64,000 nucleotides of DNA. Origin: Dehalococcoidia bacterium. GTDB lineage: Bacteria; Chloroflexota; Dehalococcoidia; Bin125. The notes beneath the pieces are model-generated. The model was not told the DNA's origin. It was given only the letters and a program-made list of their open reading frames with translations, and did no database searches. The position numbers were made by a program, and so were the translations under genes. How positions within the stretch are numbered: the first letter of the stretch is position 1; every line of letters begins with the position of its first letter. Positions 59,111 to 64,000 of this stretch are shown here, piece after piece. The stretch is from the NCBI GenBank assembly GCA_963663235.2, contig CAXXNO010000006.1, positions 64,001 through 128,000 of the forward strand. The letters run 5' to 3'.

Positions 59111-60026
59111 CAGCTCGAGCTTTGTGCAGGACCGCAGCCCGGGACTGGTCCGCGAATTGCATCGGACGCTCCAGGAAAGCGAGTTGCACTATCGCAATCT
59201 CAGCGGCGTCGATTACGAGGCCCTGATCGAGGATCCGACCGTCATCGCCGCACAGACGGAAGAGGGCTACCTACTGGGAGCGCCCTACGGGCGAGAGTTG
59301 CGCCTCTACTACCACTTCAACGATCTGCGCGCTGCAGAGGTGTCACTGGGCGCCTTGGTTACGGACCTTGCTGAACTGGCGTCAGAAGAGACAGCCTGCA
59401 ACACGATGGTGATGGACCACGACCATGGGCACCGCCACATTGTCCACCTCGTCCTTCTGGGCGCCGACTTCGCCGAGCCAGAGCCGTGGTCGCTGATGCG
59501 TTGCCGCGACATACGGGAGGCACCGCTGCGAGACGAGGCCGCGAACGCCACGGTGCGGAAGGCGACGGCCGCGGATGCGACGACCGTCATGCAGCTGGAC
59601 GGGTCGGTCCGAGGCGAGCGATCGATCGCGCCGCCGCTGCCCGCGGGGTTCATCGAAGATGCGCGCTGGCTCGGCCTGGCGGAGATCGAAGGGAAGCCAG
59701 CCGGCTACTTGCGGATCGTGGATGCGGAGAAACGAGGGCTTCGGGGCGACCACTTCATCATCGACCCAGACCTCGGAGCGCACGACGCCGGGGGAGCGTT
59801 GCTGCGGGCAGCCATCATCCACGGCCGCGAGGACAATCGCCGCGCGCTGACGATCGAGACGCCGGAGGAACAGACGAGCGAGCCGTACTTCGGTCCCTAC
59901 GGATTCAAGCGGGTTGGAGAGCGGTTGCGCTACCGCCGCCCCGTCGACATCGAAGAGATCCGCCGCGCCCATCGGGACAAGGCTCAGCGCTACTTCAAAG
60001 TGGGCAAGATTTGGGGCACGTGGTAA
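59097..60026 (+). CDS. Hypothetical protein with C-terminal GNAT-like fold
   Basis: VRKATAAD, GGALLRAA and YGFKRVG pattern; overlaps the dapF stop. Confidence 0.6.
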   Translation: MVIPDSSSFVQDRSPGLVRELHRTLQESELHYRNLSGVDYEALIEDPTVIAAQTEEGYLLGAPYGRELRLYYHFNDLRAAEVSLGALVTDLAELASEETACNTMVMDHDHGHRHIVHLVLLGADFAEPEPWSLMRCRDIREAPLRDEAANATVRKATAADATTVMQLDGSVRGERSIAPPLPAGFIEDARWLGLAEIEGKPAGYLRIVDAEKRGLRGDHFIIDPDLGAHDAGGALLRAAIIHGREDNRRALTIETPEEQTSEPYFGPYGFKRVGERLRYRRPVDIEEIRRAHRDKAQRYFKVGKIWGTW

Positions 60027-60103
60027 ACGGCTTGCACGGCGTCTGCTCGTCCATCCATTCCCCGAGACTGCGCGATCCGGGCTGGTAGCGAAGAGAGGGC
60101 GTC

Positions 60104-61267
60104 ATGCAGGTCGCCAAGCGTGTTGAGTCGCTGCCGCCGTACCTGTTCGTCGAGATCAGCAAGAAGATCGCGGCGAAGCGCGCGCAAGGGATCGACGTCA
60201 TCAGCTTCGGGATCGGCGATCCGGACCGGCCGACGCCGACGCCGATCCTGCAGGCGCTCCACGCCGCCAGCGACGATCCGCAGAACCATCGCTACCCAGA
60301 GTCCGACGGATTACCCGAGCTGCGTGCGGCGATCGCAGATTGGTATGCGCAGCGCTTCGGGGTTCGCCTGGACCCGAACGACGAAATCCTGCCGTTGATC
60401 GGGGCGAAGGAAGGGATCGCGCATATCGCGCTGTGCTTCGTCGACCCCGGGCAGGTGGCGCTGGTACCGGATCCCGGCTATCCGGTGTACGCCATCGGCA
60501 CCATGTTTGCGGGAGGCACGTCGCATTTCCTGCCGCTGCGGGAAGAGAACGACTGGCTGCCGGACTTCGCCGCGATTCCCCGGGACGTGCTGGACCGCGC
60601 CACGATCCTGTGGCTGAACTATCCCAACAACCCCACCGGCGCCGTGGCGCCGCGGGAATTCTACGACGAGGCGGTCGCGTTCGCGCGGCGTCACAACCTG
60701 GTGATCTGCCACGACAACGCCTACAGCGAGGTAGCGTACGACGGCTACCGACCGCCCTCCTTCCTGCAAGCGGAAGGGGCGCGAGAGACAGGGATTGAGT
60801 TCCACTCGTTGAGTAAGTCCTACAACATGACGGGTTGGCGGATTGGCATGGCGGTCGGTAATCGAGACATCATCAACGCCCTGATGCGAGTGAAATCCAA
60901 CATCGATAGCGGCATCCCCCAGGCGATCCAACGGATGGCGATCGCCGCCTTGAGCGGCGATCAAACTGTGATAGCCGAAAGCAACGCGATCTTGCAGAGG
61001 CGACGCGATCGAGTAGTGGAGGCGCTGCGCGGCATCGGGCTGCGCGTGCAGATGCCAAAGGCCGGGTTGTACGTGTGGGCGCGGGTTCCCGACGGCTTGA
61101 GCAGCGTCGAATTCGCCACACGGCTGCTGGAAGAGCAGGCGGTAGTGGTGACACCCGGCAACGGCTACGGCGAGTCCGGCGAAGGGTACGTGCGACTCTC
61201 GCTCACGACGCCGGACGATCAGTTGGAAACCGGCCTGCAGCGCATCGCCCAATGGACCACGGGCTAG
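60104..61267 (+). CDS. dapL: LL-diaminopimelate aminotransferase
   Basis: LPPYLF, GIGDPD, NYPNNPTG, DNAYSE, SLSKSYNMTGWRIG, next to dapF. Confidence 0.9.
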   Translation: MQVAKRVESLPPYLFVEISKKIAAKRAQGIDVISFGIGDPDRPTPTPILQALHAASDDPQNHRYPESDGLPELRAAIADWYAQRFGVRLDPNDEILPLIGAKEGIAHIALCFVDPGQVALVPDPGYPVYAIGTMFAGGTSHFLPLREENDWLPDFAAIPRDVLDRATILWLNYPNNPTGAVAPREFYDEAVAFARRHNLVICHDNAYSEVAYDGYRPPSFLQAEGARETGIEFHSLSKSYNMTGWRIGMAVGNRDIINALMRVKSNIDSGIPQAIQRMAIAALSGDQTVIAESNAILQRRRDRVVEALRGIGLRVQMPKAGLYVWARVPDGLSSVEFATRLLEEQAVVVTPGNGYGESGEGYVRLSLTTPDDQLETGLQRIAQWTTG

Positions 61268-61309
61268 GGCCAATCCGGTACTCTGGCACCGAGCGCGGAG
61301 GAGAACCCG

Positions 61310-62554
61310 ATCACCCGAGCGACGAAGGACAAACCGCTGCACACCACCGCTCCCCCAGCGGAGCGCGCCATTCTGGTCGCCGTCGACAGCGCCCGAACAC
61401 AGCACTGGAACGTCAACTCATCGCTCGACGAACTGTCGATGCTGGCGGTCAGCGCCGGCGCGCGGCCGCTAGCCCGCGTGAGCCAACGGCTGAAGCATCC
61501 CGACGTGCACTCGTACGTCGGCAAGGGGAAATTGCAGGAGTTGGTACAGCTACGCGAAGAGTTGGGCTACACACTGGCGCTCTTCGACGATGAACTGACA
61601 CCGGCGCAGCAGCACACATTGGAACGAGCGCTCGCGGTCAAAGTGATCGATCGCACAGCGCTGATCTTGGACATCTTCGCCCAGCGCGCCCATACGCGAG
61701 AGGGCGCATTGCAAGTGGCGCTGGCGCAGCACGAGTACCTCTTGCCGCGCCTGGCCGGGCAGTGGTCCCACTTGGAGCGGATGGAAGGCGCGATCGGCGC
61801 GCGAGGACCGGGCGAAACGCAGTTGGAGACGGACCGCCGGCTGGTGCGCCAGCAGATCAAGCGCCTCAAGCAGCAGATCGGGCAGGTGCGGCAGCACCGG
61901 AGCCAGTACCGTCGCCGGCGGCAGCGGGCCGGCATCGCGGTCGTGGCGCTGGTGGGGTACACGAACGCGGGGAAGAGCACGCTGATGAACGCGCTGACGC
62001 GGGCCGGCGTGCGCGCGCACGACCGCATCTTCGAGACGCTGGACCCGGTCACGCGTCGGTGTCCGTTGCCGGACGGCGGCACCGTGCTGTTGACCGACAC
62101 GGTGGGCTTCATCGAGAAGTTGCCCACGCAGCTGGTGGTGGCGTTCCGCGCCACGCTGGAGGAGTTGGAAGACGCAGACCTGCTGCTGCACGTTGTCGAC
62201 ATCACGCATCCCGACGCGGCGGAGCAGAGCCAGACCGTCGAGAACACGTTGGCCGAGCTGGGGCTGGAGACGCGGCCGCGGTTGACGGTCCTCAACAAGG
62301 TCGACCAGGTACAGAGCCCGGCGGGGCGCGCGCCGCAGGAGTTCGCCGACTTGCGGGAGTTCACGGAAGAGGTCACGCGGGAACGGCCCGACGCGGTCCT
62401 GCTGTCCGCGGAGAAGCGATGGGGGCTGGAGGAGTTGCGCGAGCGGATCGTGAGCGTGCTGAAGGGGGGCGATACGGCGCCCTCGGAGGAGAGTGACACC
62501 GGGGTGAGCGTCGATCCGCTGCGGCAGGTTCGGGTGGTCACGCGGGCGGGCTAA
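61310..62554 (+). CDS. hflX: GTPase HflX (probable ATC start)
   Basis: ERAILV, GKGK, DIFAQRA, GPGETQLE, GYTNAGKS, DTVG, NKVD. The conserved N-terminus precedes the first ATG (61439). Confidence 0.9.
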   Translation: MTRATKDKPLHTTAPPAERAILVAVDSARTQHWNVNSSLDELSMLAVSAGARPLARVSQRLKHPDVHSYVGKGKLQELVQLREELGYTLALFDDELTPAQQHTLERALAVKVIDRTALILDIFAQRAHTREGALQVALAQHEYLLPRLAGQWSHLERMEGAIGARGPGETQLETDRRLVRQQIKRLKQQIGQVRQHRSQYRRRRQRAGIAVVALVGYTNAGKSTLMNALTRAGVRAHDRIFETLDPVTRRCPLPDGGTVLLTDTVGFIEKLPTQLVVAFRATLEELEDADLLLHVVDITHPDAAEQSQTVENTLAELGLETRPRLTVLNKVDQVQSPAGRAPQEFADLREFTEEVTRERPDAVLLSAEKRWGLEELRERIVSVLKGGDTAPSEESDTGVSVDPLRQVRVVTRAG

Positions 62555-62592
62555 GGCCGGCGGTTCGCTTGAGGCGGAGGGTGGGGAAGAGA

Positions 62593-63064
62593 AACCTCAC
62601 CCCCCGGCCCCCTCTCCATCGCAAGCGACGGAGAGGGGGAGTTTTATTCCATCGCGGGCGGAGCGTGGGGGACAGCGCAGCGGGGGTCGCGCGCGGCGGG
62701 GGCGTGAACCTCACCCCCCGGCCCCCTCTCCATCGCAAGCGACGGAGAGGGGGAGGAGAGGGGGCGACGGCAGGCTACTTGGCGTCGAGGTCGCGGAGGG
62801 CGGGGAAGAGAAACCTCACCCCCTGGCCCCCTCTCCATCCTTCCCAGGAGGGAAGGATGGAGAGGGGGAAGAAGGACGGATCACAGGGCCGCCCCGTTCT
62901 CCTTCGACCCTTCGACAAGTTCAGGACAGGCTTCGCTCAGGACGAACGGGGCGGGAGAGGGACCTCACCCTTCCGCTGAACGAAGGGCGCAAGCGCCTCC
63001 TGGCCCTCCTTCGACACGGCTCAGGACAGCCCCTCTCCGTTGGAGAACGATGGAGAGGGGGAAG
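62593..63064 (+). repeat. Cluster of REP-like hairpin repeats, partly nested
   Basis: Identical 49-mers at 62593-62641 and 62707-62755, variants at 62812-62869 and 62961-63064, and a second family at 62891-62952. Confidence 0.9.
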
Positions 63065-63093
63065 AAGAGGGAGTGATGGAACGCGGCCCGCAC

Positions 63094-63630
63094 TCATGGC
63101 AGCGGTTGGCGTTTCAATCGCAGGGAGATCTGGGCTACCCGCTTGCCTAACACGCGGGCCTGGCGGCGGTCGATGTCGCGGACGGCGCCGTGGGCGGTGG
63201 CGCCGTAGTAGGATCCCGACTCGCGCATGTCGTCGGACCAGGGCAGGCCGACGATCACCATGCCGTGCGCCATGAGCAGGTGGATGAGCTGCAGGAGCGT
63301 CGCTTCGGTGCCGCCGGAGCGGGACCAGCCGGCGGTGAAGCAGGCGCCGACCTTGCCGGCCAGCTCCCCGCTCTCCCAGAGATCGCCGGAGTAGTCCATC
63401 CAGTCCTTGAGCCTGCCGGTCATCCCGCTCCAGTTGGGCGAGCCGAGGATCAGGGCGTCGCAGGCGAGGAGGTCGGCGTGCTGGGCCTCTTCCAAGGAGC
63501 GTTCCCAGGCGACGGCGCCCTGGATCTCGCGGACGCCGTCGAGGACGGAGGTGGCCAGCTCCTGGGTGAGGCCGCGGCCGTCGTAGAGGACGAGGACCGT
63601 GGCGCGGACGTCGGCGGCGGCGGCGGTCAT
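63094..63630 (-). CDS. Flavodoxin/WrbA-like NAD(P)H:quinone oxidoreductase
   Basis: ILGSPNW, LAGKVGACF, GGTEATL, GSYYGA. Confidence 0.85.
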   Translation of the reverse strand: MTAAAADVRATVLVLYDGRGLTQELATSVLDGVREIQGAVAWERSLEEAQHADLLACDALILGSPNWSGMTGRLKDWMDYSGDLWESGELAGKVGACFTAGWSRSGGTEATLLQLIHLLMAHGMVIVGLPWSDDMRESGSYYGATAHGAVRDIDRRQARVLGKRVAQISLRLKRQPLP

Positions 63631-64000
63631 TCGGGGTCCGCGCCGAGGTCGGCGACGAACCAGCCGGCCTGCCCCGGCATCTCCTCAACACCGACCTTCA
63701 ACCTAAGCAGAGCGTGGGGCGCCTCGGTGGCCAAGGCGCGGATGAGTTGGCCCGCGACGTACTCCGCCAGGCGCTCGGCGGTGGTGTTGTCGATGGGCAA
63801 GGGGGCGCAGTCGCGCTTGGGGAGGCGGTAGGGCGGCTCCTGCTTGTAGCGGATCTCGTAGTGGTCGCCGTCGTCGCGGATGGTGAGGACGCGCGAGTGC
63901 ATCTGGAGCAGAAACTTGTGGTCGAGGGTTTGGCAGACCTCCCGGGCCAAGCGCTTCAAGAGTGAAAAATCGACGACCCAGGACTCGTCGGTGAGCGGCC
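63627..64000 (-). CDS. 6-pyruvoyl/6-carboxy-tetrahydropterin synthase family, 3' part
   Basis: WVVDFSLLK...LDHKFL...NTTAERLA...VEE. Runs off the window end. Confidence 0.8.
   Translation of the reverse strand, partial: PLTDESWVVDFSLLKRLAREVCQTLDHKFLLQMHSRVLTIRDDGDHYEIRYKQEPPYRLPKRDCAPLPIDNTTAERLAEYVAGQLIRALATEAPHALLRLKVGVEEMPGQAGWFVADLGADPE

Noticed and set aside
60104-62554. DapL-HflX fusion by TAG readthrough
   Set aside because: The genes are in frame, but a strong SD with a correctly spaced ATC explains hflX more simply, and there is no recoding evidence in the window.
62593-62869. Possible CRISPR array
   Set aside because: Only three 49-58-nt units with unequal internal loops, a dispersed copy at 45971 and no cas genes. 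A REP-like family fits better.

Overview
High-GC bacterial chromosome segment. Gene order and content (miaA-dapF-dapL-hflX, yceD-rpmF-fabD-nusB-acpP, apgM, a pan leader RNA, GAAC-N4-GTTC boxes) suggest Chloroflexota, class Dehalococcoidia; this taxonomy is an inference. Most of the window is core housekeeping: DNA repair (uvrA partial, polA, mutM, ruvCA, uvrB, UDG), panBC, an accD-accA fusion, ftsK, RNase J, tatBC, his, pur/guaA, glycolysis, DAP synthesis and RNase P RNA. There are two small accessory islets (about 5.3-7.9 kb and 34.4-35.8 kb) and two clusters of nested REP-like repeats. The best candidate for an undescribed system is at 31.8-34.4 kb. A promoter with a perfect LexA (Cheo) box between -35 and -10 drives a zinc-ribbon/coiled-coil protein, a large-serine-recombinase homologue that has lost its catalytic arginines, and RNase HI, directly upstream of rnpB. 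This looks like a possible domesticated, SOS-inducible pseudo-recombinase module. Other notable signals are a self-contained ~150-nt unit with a sequestered 13-nt anti-16S match (39.3 kb), a probable non-canonical ATC start for hflX, a 22-nt module inserted repeatedly into other repeats, and a terminator/antiterminator switch in the pan leader. All calls come from reading the sequence; no database searches were run.
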